From the NCBI GenBank assembly GCA_965203605.1, contig OZ241902.1, forward strand, positions 2,345,425 through 2,409,424: a DNA stretch of 64,000 bases, read 5' to 3'. Every line of letters starts with the position of its first letter. Position 1 is the first letter of the stretch. The translations under genes and the position numbers were made by a program. Under the pieces are notes generated by a model. The model did no database searches. It was not told where the DNA came from and saw only the letters and a list, made by a program, of their open reading frames with translations. Below, in pieces: positions 9,627 through 20,318 of this stretch. Source of the stretch: Paracoccaceae bacterium (lineage in GTDB: Bacteria > Pseudomonadota > Alphaproteobacteria > Rhodobacterales > Rhodobacteraceae).

Positions 9627-11183
9627 TCAGAAGTCCGTCGGAGCGCCACCTTCGCGCTTGCGCCTGGCGACGAAGTCGACGAGTTCTTCGTGGATCCCTG
9701 GATCCATGGGCGGCGGCTCAAAACCACGCAGTATGTCTTTGGCCAGTCGGTGCGCCCTTTCCGCGGTCCAGACCTCTCCCGCGAGTGACCAAGCCTCGTA
9801 ATTCCTCCAGTCCGAAACGAACGGCTGGTAGAAGGCCGTCTCATACCGCTCCTGGGTATGCTGGACCCCGAAGAAATGTCCGGAGCTTCCAACCTCCCTT
9901 ATCGCCTCAAGCGCGAGGTTGTCCCGGCCAGTATTCCAGATCTCAGGCTCGAAATACCTCTGGATCATCTGCAGGAGCTCGCAGTCCATGACAAACTTCT
10001 CTGGGCTGGCGATCAGCCCGCCCTCCAGCCATCCGGCGGCGTGGTAAACCATGTTCGTGCCTGACTGCACCGCCGACCAGAGGGAATTCGATGTCTCCCA
10101 CATGGATTGACCATCAGGTATGTTTGCCGTGCAGACGCCGCTCGCTCGCATCGGCAGCCCATACAGGCGTGCCATCTGACCTGTCATCTGGGTCGCGCGC
10201 ATATATTCCGGTGTGCCGAACGCAGGGGCTCCCGACTTCATGTCCACGTTGGAAGTGAACGTGCCGAAGACGCAGGCGCATCCCGGCGCGACATACTGAA
10301 ACAAAGCGATCGCACACAGCGCCTCGGCGATCGACTGCGCCACCGCACCCGCCATCGTAACCGGCGACATGGCACCTGCCAGCGTGAAGGGCGAGACCAC
10401 AACCGCCTGCCCGCGTCGAACGCACCGCAGGCATCCGTCAATCATTGGATGATCATGTTTCAGGGGTGAAGTGGAATTGATGTTGGTATACATCCGCGGC
10501 TTGGCCTGGAACTCATCCTCCGCAAGGCCACAGGCGATCCTGACCATTTCCATGACATCCTCGACTCGCTCCCTACCCAGGCTATAGGCATGCATCACCT
10601 TGTCAGTGAGCGTCAGCTTGTCGAACACGACGTCGAGGTGGCGGACCGCAGCATGGACATCCACGGGCTCGACCGGGTAGCCACCGGCAAAGTGAATGCA
10701 GTTGAAATACTGGGTCAGCCTGAGCAGGTCGGCACATTGCTCGCGGGTGCCAGGTGTCTTTCCGCCATCGAGCGACCAATGGTTCGGTGGCGAACTCACA
10801 TTGCCGAACACAATGCTGTCGCCCCCGATCTTCAAAGCCCTTCCAGGGTTGCGCGGGACGAGCATGAACTCACTTGGCGCACGGTCCAGCATTTCCATGA
10901 CGAACTCCCGGCCCATCCGCACGTTCTGCCCGCTGACGGCACAGCCGGCCTTCCGGAAAATTCCCAGACTCTCCTCGTTGAGGAATTCCACTCCGATTTC
11001 CTCCAGAATCCGCATGGCGCAGTTATGAACCGCCTGTATGCCCTCTTCGTCCAGTGGTTCAGTCGGCCGATCAGGGTTCCGGGGAATCCTCCACGACGTC
11101 TGCGAAATCGCCTCTGGGCTGTTCCTGCGTGGATTGCCGGCCCGTCCACCAGATCGTTTCCTCCGCGGTTTCGCTTCGGTCAT
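9627..11183 (-). CDS. MttB-superfamily corrinoid-dependent methyltransferase (non-pyrrolysine glycine-betaine/quaternary-amine type).
   Basis: 518 aa from MTEAKPRRKRSGG... with strong family-level similarity over its full length, e.g. FTLAGAMSPVTMAGAVAQ, YHAAGWLEGGL. There is no in-frame amber codon. The ORF-track N-terminal extension (to 11534) is discarded. Confidence 0.85.
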   Translation of the reverse strand: MTEAKPRRKRSGGRAGNPRRNSPEAISQTSWRIPRNPDRPTEPLDEEGIQAVHNCAMRILEEIGVEFLNEESLGIFRKAGCAVSGQNVRMGREFVMEMLDRAPSEFMLVPRNPGRALKIGGDSIVFGNVSSPPNHWSLDGGKTPGTREQCADLLRLTQYFNCIHFAGGYPVEPVDVHAAVRHLDVVFDKLTLTDKVMHAYSLGRERVEDVMEMVRIACGLAEDEFQAKPRMYTNINSTSPLKHDHPMIDGCLRCVRRGQAVVVSPFTLAGAMSPVTMAGAVAQSIAEALCAIALFQYVAPGCACVFGTFTSNVDMKSGAPAFGTPEYMRATQMTGQMARLYGLPMRASGVCTANIPDGQSMWETSNSLWSAVQSGTNMVYHAAGWLEGGLIASPEKFVMDCELLQMIQRYFEPEIWNTGRDNLALEAIREVGSSGHFFGVQHTQERYETAFYQPFVSDWRNYEAWSLAGEVWTAERAHRLAKDILRGFEPPPMDPGIHEELVDFVARRKREGGAPTDF

Positions 11184-11317
11184 GGTCCGCCTCCGCCTGC
11201 TGTCGGTCCCAATTGACAGGAGCCAACGACGTCCAAGTGCGAAGAATGCGACGGATTTGGTCGCATTCTCCAGCAATATCTCCATAGCCCGAGCCGAATC
11301 AGGCAACTCACAGCGAA

Positions 11318-12022
11318 TCAATCTGCGTGACCGACAATCCAGTGTGGCAGATGGCCGATGTTCGGAAGCACCGCCGTGGCAAGCGTCGCCAGATCCGACC
11401 TGGTAGCGCGCCCGTTCAGCACCGCGACTGTTCGCATGCCGGCGGCACGCCCCGCCAGAAGATCCGTTGCACTGTCGCCGACCATCAGGAGGTTGGCTGG
11501 CGAAAGCCCAATCGCCGCAGCAAAGGCCAAACACATGCCGGGCAGCGGCTTGGCACCGAATCCGCTGTCATAACCCGCGATGAATTCGAACTCCTCTCCG
11601 ACCTGCGCGGCAGAGAGGTGCGTTCTGGCCACCACCTCGGAATCGTTCGTTGCGACGCCCAGACGAAGCCCCATGGCACGAAGTTCGGCAAGAAGTGGCC
11701 CAAGTGGGACTGCCTCGGCGATTGGAACGCACGCTGCGCTCGCATTGATCGCCGCAAGTAAGTCCGCGGACTCCACGCCAGGCAAGCCCGGCATCAAACG
11801 GCGGACAATATCTTCCGGCGTCCCTGCGATCACCTCACTGTCAGGTGCAAACCTCTTTTCCTGTGGGTCGAACCCTATCAGAGCGCCAAGCGACCGCACC
11901 TCAGCGTTGTAGCTCTCGGCGAGTTCACCGAGCATCGCTTCTGCCCAGACGTTCCATGTAGCCTCGAATTCGAACAGTGTCCCATCCTTGTCAAACAGGA
12001 TCCCGAGTATCGGCTCCGCCAT
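11318..12022 (-). CDS. HAD-family hydrolase (phosphoglycolate-phosphatase-like).
   Basis: Motif I (ILFDKDGTLFEF) lies immediately after the ATG at 12022. HAD motifs IV (MVGDSATD) are present. Confidence 0.8.
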   Translation of the reverse strand: MAEPILGILFDKDGTLFEFEATWNVWAEAMLGELAESYNAEVRSLGALIGFDPQEKRFAPDSEVIAGTPEDIVRRLMPGLPGVESADLLAAINASAACVPIAEAVPLGPLLAELRAMGLRLGVATNDSEVVARTHLSAAQVGEEFEFIAGYDSGFGAKPLPGMCLAFAAAIGLSPANLLMVGDSATDLLAGRAAGMRTVAVLNGRATRSDLATLATAVLPNIGHLPHWIVGHAD

Positions 12023-12084
12023 CTTGTCCTCCCGGGCCGCATCGCGCGTTGACAGCGATGCCAGAATAATTGACAGTGACAACC

Positions 12085-12540
12085 ATGTCAGGGACAGCAC
12101 CCTATCATCTACACGCTTCGCTGGGCTACCAATTATCACTAGCGGCCCGCATTCAGGAGCGGCGCCTGGAAGAACATCTGAAATCGCTTGGCCTGACGAG
12201 AACCACCTGGTGCGTTCTTCTCGCAATTGGCAATGAGGGCTTGGCGCAGCCCTCCGACATCGCGCACTTTATTGGAATCGACCGAACAGCCGCTAGCCGT
12301 GCGCTGAGGCAGATGCAGGACCGTGGCCTGATCGACAGAGTCGCGGGTCAGGGAGATGGACGCACGCGGACCGTCGTGCTGACGGAACTCGGAACCGACC
12401 AGCTGGCCAAGGGCATACCGATGGCCGAAGACAACAATGCCGTAATGGAAGCTCAACTCGGTGAACGTGGTCGTGAAGACCTGATCCGTCTTCTGCGGAT
12501 CACACACGCAGGTGACGATATCACACTAAGCAGGATCTAG
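12085..12540 (+). CDS. MarR-family transcriptional regulator.
   Basis: Winged-HTH MarR pattern (LTRTTWCVLLAIGNEGLAQPSDIAHFIGIDRTAASRALRQMQDRGLIDR). The ATG is at 12085; the track uses TTG 12070. Confidence 0.8.
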   Translation: MSGTAPYHLHASLGYQLSLAARIQERRLEEHLKSLGLTRTTWCVLLAIGNEGLAQPSDIAHFIGIDRTAASRALRQMQDRGLIDRVAGQGDGRTRTVVLTELGTDQLAKGIPMAEDNNAVMEAQLGERGREDLIRLLRITHAGDDITLSRI

Positions 12541-12545
12541 ATCAG

Positions 12546-15500
12546 ATGGCCAAGTTTCGTTCGTACAGGAATCGGCCGCCTCACCTGGGCTCGTATCCAC
12601 TGGAGCGGCTTGCGCGGGTGGGGTCCTCCCCCAAGCTCGAACGTCTTGGGCCGATGAATGGCCTGAGTTTCCGTCGGCCGGACAATCCACTGAGTATCGT
12701 CAACGCGATGCAGGAATATCAAGCCATGCTGGACGCAACTCGGGAGGGACTCGTCAAGCGCGAGCAGGCCGAGATTCCATCAGATCCCGGACAACGGGCC
12801 GAACACCTCAAGGCTTTTGGGTATTACTGTGACGCAAGCCAGGTCGGGATTTGCGAACTCCCGGCTGCCGCGCTTCTCGACACACCCGTAACCAATCCCG
12901 ACGTTGAACGTCTCGCCGAAAAGATTCGGACGATGCAACCGAAGACGCTGGCTGCCGGAATTGACGTGATCATGGCCGGCCTTAGGGAATCACTGAGAAG
13001 ACCGCCGATGGACTGCCGCCATCATAGGCATGCACTTGTGTTTCTGTATGACATGCCGCGGACTCCAAGGGTGGACGAACCGGGTGGCGACTGGATCCAT
13101 GACGCCCAGTCACATCGAGCCTGCCTTCGGGCAATGGAGACGGCGGTGACGCTGGCGAACTACATCCGATTGTTGGGATGGGAGGCGCGGGCGCACTCGG
13201 AAGCGGCATCCGACTTACATCTCCACCAGCTCAGCGTGGCTGCCGGCCTGAACTGGATTGACGGTGACGTGGCGGTAAATCCCTTCCTTGGCCGCAACTA
13301 CGGACTGGCAGCCGTCACGACAACGCTCGAACTGGCGCCGGATGAACCCTTGGCGCCGAATCAGAAGCCGGGACTTACTTGGAGGACCGGTCTCGGCCGC
13401 CACGCCAAATCCGCCCGCAACCGCGATCCCTACCGCTCCCGCGATTTCCGCGACGGCCCTCATCCCTTCGAAACACTCAAAAGGGTCAACGAGCCCACCA
13501 CCTACATCGACCGCGATAATGTCGCCCGTGTGCCAAAGCGCGCCAACATGTTCGCGAGGTCACTGTTCGGCGATCTTGGCAAGGCCGTTCAGGAAGGAGC
13601 ACGGAACGGCAACTATGTGCGCAAATCCGCTGCCGCGTTCGCTTTCCGCCCAAGCCTCGGCGCATTCATCCTGCTGCAGGACGGCGACAGGAGAGAGGTG
13701 CATCCCTCTACGCTCGACCCGGAAACAAACGCCAACAACATCAAGGCTGCGCTCTATTTCCTTGGCATGGATGCCGTTGGGCTCTCGGCCTGTCCCGACT
13801 GGACCTACTATAGCCATGACGCGGCTGGAAATCCAATCACACCTTACCATGGGCATGCGGTCAGCATGATCGTGGACCAGGGTCATGAAACCATGGAAGG
13901 CGCGTCCGGCGATGATTGGATCGCCTGCGCCCAATCCATGCGAGCCTATCTTCGATTCTCGTTGATCGGCGGCGTCCTGGCCCAGCATATACGGAACCTT
14001 GGCTATTCGGCCAGAACACACACGGTCATGGACGACGAAGTTCTCCATCCGCCACTTCTGCTTCTTTCGGGCCTGGGGGAGGTAAGCCGTATCGGAGAGG
14101 TTATCCTCAACCCTTTCCTCGGGCCACGCCTCAAGTCCGGCGTCGTCACGACCACTATGCCCATCACGCATGATCGGCCCATCGATTTTGGCCTGCAACG
14201 GTTCTGTGAAGCCTGCAACAAATGCGCGCGCGAATGTCCGTCAGGGGCGATCACCGCAGGTCCGAAACTGATGTTCAACGGTTACGAGATATGGAAATCC
14301 GACAGCCAGAAATGCACGACCTATCGCGTAGCTCAAAAGAACGGCGCGATGTGTGGACGATGCATGAAGACCTGTCCCTGGAACCTGGAAGGTCTGTTCG
14401 CTGAAAAACCGTTCCGCTGGGTGGCAATGAAAGCGCCCTTCGCGGCCCGCGCATTGGCGAAGCTGGATGATCTGGTCGGCAATGGCGAAATCAACCCGGT
14501 CAAGAAGTGGTGGTGGGATCTCGAGATGGTTGACGACGGACCATATCGCAGATCACCGCATGACCCAAATGCCCGGGCACTCTCCAAGGGGCTGGAACTG
14601 AAGTACGAGGACCAGACACTGGCCGTCTATCCAGCACCTCTCGCACCGCCGCCGCATGCCTGGCCTTTTCCTATGGACAGAGAGGCGGGAATTGCCGCCT
14701 ACAGGGCCATGATCAGTGCTGACGAGCACAGGAAACGGCGTGCCGAAGGCAAGCCAGCTGAACACATCTATGTTGCCGAGGGAGGTGAGAGTCCTGTGCT
14801 TCAGGTCAGCGTCTCGAAGGCCGTGCGACTGACACCTGACATCACGCTGTACGAATTCAGGATGCCTGACGGATCTCTACTGCCCCGCGCCGACGCCGGA
14901 GCACATGTCGACGTGGTCGTGGCACCCGAGTTCTTCCGTCAGTATTCCCTTTCGGGGGATCCGGCTGATCGATCAAAGTACCAGATCGCAGTTCTTCGGG
15001 AAGACGACGGAAAGGGCGGCTCAAAGCTCCTGCACCGCATTTTCGAGGAGGGACGGCGAATATTCATCAGCCACCCAATCAACCACTTTCCACTCGTGGA
15101 ACATGCGTCTTTCACCTATCTCATGGGAGGGGGAATCGGAATTACACCGATGGTCGCCATGGCACACAGGCTTCATTTGATCGGCGCAGCATTCGAACTG
15201 CATTACTCCTGTTCAAAGCGCTCCAACGCCGGGTTTCTGGATATCGTTGCTGCCGCGCCATGGAACGATCATGTGACATATCACTTTTCCGATGATGGCA
15301 CGCGAGCGGTCCTCGCGGAGATTATGCGTTATCGTGAGGGAGCCCACGTGTATACCTGTGGACCGGATGCCTATATGCAGGCGGTCATTGACACCGCTTC
15401 CGCGAACGGCTTTCCGGAAGACTCGCGGCACCTTGAGTACTTCTCCGTCCCCGAACAGCCCGAATACGAGAACCATCCATTCCAACTCAGACTGATCCGG

Positions 15501-15740
15501 TCCGGCAGGACGGTCCCTGTGACTCCTGACGAAGCGGGAACTGACGCGGTGCTTTCGGCCGGCATACATGTTGACGTCAAATGCTCAGACGGACTCTGCG
15601 GCGTCTGCAGGTGCACGGTCCTGAGTGGTGAGGTCGAACACCGTGATTTCGTGCTGTCACGGAAGCAGCGTGAAACCAGCATGATCCTGTGCCAGTCGCG
15701 TGCAGCGCAGCCCAACGGGACGCTGGAAATCGATCTTTGA
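12546..15740 (+). CDS. Catabolic (NpRdhA/BhbA-type) reductive-dehalogenase-like B12/Fe-S protein fused to a VanB/phthalate-dioxygenase-reductase-type NAD(P)H:ferredoxin reductase.
   Basis: There are two tandem RdhA-like halves: ...LKAFGYYCDASQVGICEL... and ...IKAALYFLGMDAVGLSACPDWTYYSH...GLGEVSRIGEVILNPFLGPRLK... Two 4Fe-4S motifs follow (FCEACNKCARECPSGAI; C-x12-CGRCMKTCP). The C-terminus is an FNR-like domain (RQYSLS, GGGIGITPM) plus a plant-type 2Fe-2S ferredoxin (CSDGLCGVCRC). The MarR gene sits immediately upstream. Confidence 0.65.
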   Translation: MAKFRSYRNRPPHLGSYPLERLARVGSSPKLERLGPMNGLSFRRPDNPLSIVNAMQEYQAMLDATREGLVKREQAEIPSDPGQRAEHLKAFGYYCDASQVGICELPAAALLDTPVTNPDVERLAEKIRTMQPKTLAAGIDVIMAGLRESLRRPPMDCRHHRHALVFLYDMPRTPRVDEPGGDWIHDAQSHRACLRAMETAVTLANYIRLLGWEARAHSEAASDLHLHQLSVAAGLNWIDGDVAVNPFLGRNYGLAAVTTTLELAPDEPLAPNQKPGLTWRTGLGRHAKSARNRDPYRSRDFRDGPHPFETLKRVNEPTTYIDRDNVARVPKRANMFARSLFGDLGKAVQEGARNGNYVRKSAAAFAFRPSLGAFILLQDGDRREVHPSTLDPETNANNIKAALYFLGMDAVGLSACPDWTYYSHDAAGNPITPYHGHAVSMIVDQGHETMEGASGDDWIACAQSMRAYLRFSLIGGVLAQHIRNLGYSARTHTVMDDEVLHPPLLLLSGLGEVSRIGEVILNPFLGPRLKSGVVTTTMPITHDRPIDFGLQRFCEACNKCARECPSGAITAGPKLMFNGYEIWKSDSQKCTTYRVAQKNGAMCGRCMKTCPWNLEGLFAEKPFRWVAMKAPFAARALAKLDDLVGNGEINPVKKWWWDLEMVDDGPYRRSPHDPNARALSKGLELKYEDQTLAVYPAPLAPPPHAWPFPMDREAGIAAYRAMISADEHRKRRAEGKPAEHIYVAEGGESPVLQVSVSKAVRLTPDITLYEFRMPDGSLLPRADAGAHVDVVVAPEFFRQYSLSGDPADRSKYQIAVLREDDGKGGSKLLHRIFEEGRRIFISHPINHFPLVEHASFTYLMGGGIGITPMVAMAHRLHLIGAAFELHYSCSKRSNAGFLDIVAAAPWNDHVTYHFSDDGTRAVLAEIMRYREGAHVYTCGPDAYMQAVIDTASANGFPEDSRHLEYFSVPEQPEYENHPFQLRLIRSGRTVPVTPDEAGTDAVLSAGIHVDVKCSDGLCGVCRCTVLSGEVEHRDFVLSRKQRETSMILCQSRAAQPNGTLEIDL

Positions 15741-15998
15741 ATCGTTTATCCGACCGAAGACCCGGAACTGGCTGGGAACGACGAATGCCGGTCCGGGGCG
15801 ACGGCATCTGCGAAACAATGCTCGGTCCCCGTCACCGTTTCCTTCGGTCCTCCATTCCACTATGGTGGCACCGGTCCGCGACGGACCACGGACTGGCCTG
15901 CTGTTCAGGGTTTGTGGCGGCCGGGCGGTCGCCCGTGATCGGTCTGGTTTGTGCGTAGGAATACGACCTGAAAGGGAGGGAGCGGTGAATGGATGCGG

Positions 15999-16277
15999 TC
16001 AAGTCCAATGAACCTCCAAGCCGCCCGGTAAAGCGCTCCGGGCCTGCATCGGCACCTCATAGGGCAAACCTTCGGCATCACAGAAAGCGATGATCCACGC
16101 GTCGTCCGTTGCAAGGAAATCCAGGATCGAGATCAGGAAAGCAGGATCATCGGCCTGCGCCCTCAGATCTTCGGGATTCGACCCAGTCGCGCCAAGAAAT
16201 GCCGACACCAATTCTCCGTTGCCTGCGAGCCATCCCAGCGCTCTGGCCGCAATCATCTCGGCCTGATCCTGCGTCAT
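15999..16277 (-). CDS. Small conserved hypothetical protein (DUF3572-like).
   Basis: 92-aa ORF MTQDQAEMIAARALGWLAGNGELVSAFLGATGSNPEDLRA... The family assignment is from memory only. Confidence 0.5.
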   Translation of the reverse strand: MTQDQAEMIAARALGWLAGNGELVSAFLGATGSNPEDLRAQADDPAFLISILDFLATDDAWIIAFCDAEGLPYEVPMQARSALPGGLEVHWT

Positions 16278-16875
16278 CCCGGATCCCCATGTTTCAGGAG
16301 CGTCGTGCCTGCTGAAATGCCAGTCAACACTCTCCGGACCAAAGCCAGGTTTGGCCGACGGTGCCGTATGGCATTTTCAGGCGGAAGCATATTCCAACGG
16401 TTCCTTACCCTGTGTGGGTCCATCAAGTAACGCAATTGGAGGGCGCCAGTCAAAGGAGGCCATCGAATTTGGGCGCCGTTTCCAGGAATTCCGGAAAGGG
16501 CGATGAAATCCCGCGCAACCAGCAGGACTCGGTCCAGCGTACGATCCCTGTGCCGCACCGGCAATTCGGAGTTGGGTCGGAAACCGGAGGAGGCAGGCGA
16601 CTGAGTGACTGCGACCAATTTGACGCCAGCGTCGTGACTGATCGATCGCTTCCGGGACCGGCAGTGCGATTGGGACATGTTGATGCCCAACGAACGGGTC
16701 GGTCACGAAGCCATGGCCCAGCACCCAGACCTTCGGGCACGAAACGCTGCCGGCAGCGAATCCGGAAGACAATGGATACTCCCTGAAGCGAACCGGCACG
16801 CAGCCAATTCCAGCTTCCACTCCCACCTCCCCTCCGCTAGACACCGCGCAGACCGGAGCCACGGAACAGAGACCC

Positions 16876-19800
16876 ATGCCGAAGGAAAAAACCTTCAACG
16901 CCGCTGAGGCAGAGCCAAGAATTTACGAGACCTGGGAAAGGGCAGGCGCATTCATGGCGGGCGCGAACGCCTCCAGAAAGGAAACTTTCTGCATCATGAT
17001 CCCGCCACCAAACGTGACCGGTAGCCTGCATATGGGTCACGCGTTCAATAACACGTTACAGGATATCCTTGTCCGTTGGCACAGAATGCGTGGCTTTGAC
17101 ACGCTGTGGCAGCCGGGAACAGATCATGCAGGCATTGCGACCCAGATGGTGGTCGAACGCGAATTGGCCAATGAGGGCGAGGCCAACCGCCGCCAACTCG
17201 GTCGCGAGAAGTTCATTGAAAGGGTCTGGCAGCAAAAGATCAGGTCCCGAGGCAACATCATCGGTCAGCTCAAGCGCCTCGGAGCGTCCTGCGACTGGAG
17301 TCGGGAAGCCTTTACCATGGGCGGTGCGCCAGGCGACCCAGACACTGGTTCGGGCGCTCCGAATTTTCATGATGCGGTCATCCGGGTATTTGTCGACATG
17401 TATCAGAAGGGTCTCATCTACCGCGGCAAACGACTGGTGAACTGGGATCCGCACTTCGAAACGGCCATCTCGGATCTAGAGGTCGAAAACGTCGAAACGC
17501 CCGGCCAGATGTGGCACTTCAGGTACCCGCTCGCAGGCGGCGAGACATATCTCTACGTCGAGAAGGATGACGATGGAAACGTCGTTCTGGAAGAGCGACG
17601 GAACTATATCTCGATCGCGACCACTCGGCCCGAGACCATGCTCGGCGACGGGGCCGTCGCGGTCCATCCGTCCGACGAACGCTACGCCCCGATCATCGGC
17701 AGGCTTTGCGAAATCCCTGTCGGTCCGAAGGGCTACCGTCGTCACATTCCGATTATTGTCGATGAATATCCTGATCCCGGTTTTGGCTCAGGCGCCGTCA
17801 AGATCACCGGCGCCCACGACTTCAACGACTATGCCGTTGCGAAGCGTGCCGGCATTCCATGCTACCGTCTGATGGACACAAAGGCGCAGATGCGCGAAGA
17901 CGGAATTCCGTATGCTGAGGCGGCTGCCGTGGCTCTCTCGGTCGCCCGTGGCGAGCGGTCGCTATCCGAATCCGAAACTGACGCACTCAATCTGGTTCCC
18001 GACGACCTACGTGGCCTGGACCGATACGAAGCCCGCGACAGAGTGATCCAGCAGATCACCGACGAAGGTCTGGCGGTGGTGTCATTGGACAAGGATGGCA
18101 ACACCGTTCCAATGGTCGAGACGAAGCCAATCATGCTTCCAATCGGCGACCGGTCCAAGACAGTCATCGAACCGATGCTCACCGACCAATGGTTCGTCGA
18201 TGCCGATAGGATTGTCGGACCGGCCATCGAGGCCGTCCGCGTCGGTGAGACCCTCATCCTACCGGAAGCGGACAGAAAGGTCTATTTCCATTGGCTGGAG
18301 AATATCGAACCCTGGTGCATATCGAGGCAGCTATGGTGGGGCCATCGGATTCCGGTTTGGTACGGCTTCGACCTCCCATGCGAAGGCTCCCTCGACCTTG
18401 ATGGAGACGGCTCCCTCAGGGAAACCGACCTTTCCCGGATACTCTCACGCAAGGCTTTGCTGGAGCAGGGTGAGAGCCACCGCAGTGCAGCGGATTTCGA
18501 ATCAGTCGCCACGCAATTCCGCGATGTGGTCGAATCTCTTCCAGCACCCCTCTCGCGTGCGCCGGTTGTTGAGGTGTCTGACCGTGATGAGGCCATCAGC
18601 ATGTTTGAAACATGCCTTGCCGACCAGGCATCTTCCGCGCCCGTCTATCCAGTTTGGCGCGATCCAGACGTACTGGACACCTGGTTTTCGTCGGGATTGT
18701 GGCCCATTGGGACGCTGGGTTGGCCCAACGATACAGACGCGTTGCGAAAGTACTTTCCCACCAACGTTCTTGTGACCGGTTTCGACATTATCTTCTTCTG
18801 GGTGGCCAGAATGATGATGATGCAGTTTGCCGTCGTTGGCCGCAGACCTTTCGACACGGTCTATGTCCACGCGCTTGTGCGCGATGCCAAGGGCAAGAAG
18901 ATGTCGAAGTCACTTGGCAATGTCCTGGATCCGCTGGAATTGATCGACGACTACGGCGCCGATGCGGTAAGGTTCACTTTGGCCGCCATGGCCGCCATGG
19001 GGCGTGATCTGAGGCTTTCGACCGAGCGGGTCGCCGGTTATAGGAATTTCGGCACCAAACTCTGGAATGCCCTTCGCTTCGCCGAAATGAACGGTGCGTA
19101 CGACTCGGCCACCATAGAGTTCCGCGCGAATATGGTCTCCAATCCAAACATCGCCAGCTACCTGGGTATTCGACGGAAGGAACGGAATTGCGACGATACC
19201 GCCGAGGGGCCTGACACCCTATCCAGCCATGAGGCCGAATCCCTCAGCACATTCCTTGCACAGTTACACACGGCCGATAGATGGATCGTCGGTGAGACCG
19301 CAAAGGTCCGGGAGGTGATCGATCAAGCCCTGGCCGCCTATCGATTCAACGACGCAGCCAACGCAATCCATGGCTTCGTCTGGGGCAAGGTCTGCGACTG
19401 GTACGTCGAGTTCTCCAAACCGCTTCTAAACAGCGAAGATCCACGGACGTCGCAATTGACCCGCGCCGTCATGGGCTGGGTCATGGATCAGTGCCTGATT
19501 CTGATGCATCCGATAATGCCCTTCATAACGGAAGAACTGTGGCAGACGACGGCCGTTCGCTCAAAGGCGCTCATCCACGCCGACTGGCCCTGTTACAACG
19601 CGTCCGAACTTGTCGATAGGGATTCGGACCGTGAGATGAACTGGGTGATCGCATTGATCGAAGCCATTCGTTCCGCCCGTGCACAGATGCATGTCCCGGC
19701 AGGCCTCCATGTTCCCATGATCCAGCTTGACCTGGATCAGGCTGGACGGACAGCATGGGCCAATAACGAGAGCCTCATCAAAAGGCTTGCGCGCCTGGAC

Positions 19801-20100
19801 ACCCTGCAGGAAGCCAGCGAAATTCCCAAGGGATCGATCACGATCACGGTCGAAGGCGGCAGATTCTGCATTCCGCTGTCCGGAATCATCGATGTGAACG
19901 CGGAAAGGGACCGACTGGAGAAATCCCTAACCAAGCTCGAAAGGGAACTTGCCGGATTGGAGGCGCGACTGTCTAACGCAAACTTCGTCGCATCAGCACC
20001 GGAACAGGTTGTCGAAGACACCCGTCAGAAATTAGCGACCAGAGAGGACGAAACAGCGGCCATCAAGGAAGCGCTGCTGCGTCTCTCAGACCTTTCGTGA
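16876..20100 (+). CDS. valS: Valine--tRNA ligase.
   Basis: 1074 aa with the HMGH ([15 protein letters not shown]) and KMSKS ([11 protein letters not shown]) class-I signatures and a C-terminal coiled coil. It is longer than typical ValS (see findings). Confidence 0.95.
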   Translation: MPKEKTFNAAEAEPRIYETWERAGAFMAGANASRKETFCIMIPPPNVTGSLHMGHAFNNTLQDILVRWHRMRGFDTLWQPGTDHAGIATQMVVERELANEGEANRRQLGREKFIERVWQQKIRSRGNIIGQLKRLGASCDWSREAFTMGGAPGDPDTGSGAPNFHDAVIRVFVDMYQKGLIYRGKRLVNWDPHFETAISDLEVENVETPGQMWHFRYPLAGGETYLYVEKDDDGNVVLEERRNYISIATTRPETMLGDGAVAVHPSDERYAPIIGRLCEIPVGPKGYRRHIPIIVDEYPDPGFGSGAVKITGAHDFNDYAVAKRAGIPCYRLMDTKAQMREDGIPYAEAAAVALSVARGERSLSESETDALNLVPDDLRGLDRYEARDRVIQQITDEGLAVVSLDKDGNTVPMVETKPIMLPIGDRSKTVIEPMLTDQWFVDADRIVGPAIEAVRVGETLILPEADRKVYFHWLENIEPWCISRQLWWGHRIPVWYGFDLPCEGSLDLDGDGSLRETDLSRILSRKALLEQGESHRSAADFESVATQFRDVVESLPAPLSRAPVVEVSDRDEAISMFETCLADQASSAPVYPVWRDPDVLDTWFSSGLWPIGTLGWPNDTDALRKYFPTNVLVTGFDIIFFWVARMMMMQFAVVGRRPFDTVYVHALVRDAKGKKMSKSLGNVLDPLELIDDYGADAVRFTLAAMAAMGRDLRLSTERVAGYRNFGTKLWNALRFAEMNGAYDSATIEFRANMVSNPNIASYLGIRRKERNCDDTAEGPDTLSSHEAESLSTFLAQLHTADRWIVGETAKVREVIDQALAAYRFNDAANAIHGFVWGKVCDWYVEFSKPLLNSEDPRTSQLTRAVMGWVMDQCLILMHPIMPFITEELWQTTAVRSKALIHADWPCYNASELVDRDSDREMNWVIALIEAIRSARAQMHVPAGLHVPMIQLDLDQAGRTAWANNESLIKRLARLDTLQEASEIPKGSITITVEGGRFCIPLSGIIDVNAERDRLEKSLTKLERELAGLEARLSNANFVASAPEQVVEDTRQKLATREDETAAIKEALLRLSDLS

Positions 20101-20318
20101 CTCCGAATTCCCCTCGGGTCCGACCCGGCTTACACGGTCATCACGAGCGACCGGCCCCCTATCGGTCGCATCCGCCAAGTCCGCGAATTCATTTCACCTG
20201 CATCGGCCGGGCATGGCCACTGACCACCTTCATCATCCCCTGATCAACAAGGCTCCGTAACTCCGGCGCGACAATCAATGCCTCAAGATCGATTGTGGCA
20301 ACCGGACCCATGCGCAGG

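Noticed and set aside
11184-11534. 117-codon N-terminal extension of the MttB ORF; similar 5' extensions on the track ORFs for HAD, flotillin, phasin, phaZ, thrS, GT2 and ygfZ.
   Set aside because: The extensions are Arg/Cys/Gly-rich and lack family similarity. A conserved N-terminus begins at an internal ATG, often with an RBS. The track also treats TTG and GTG as starts.
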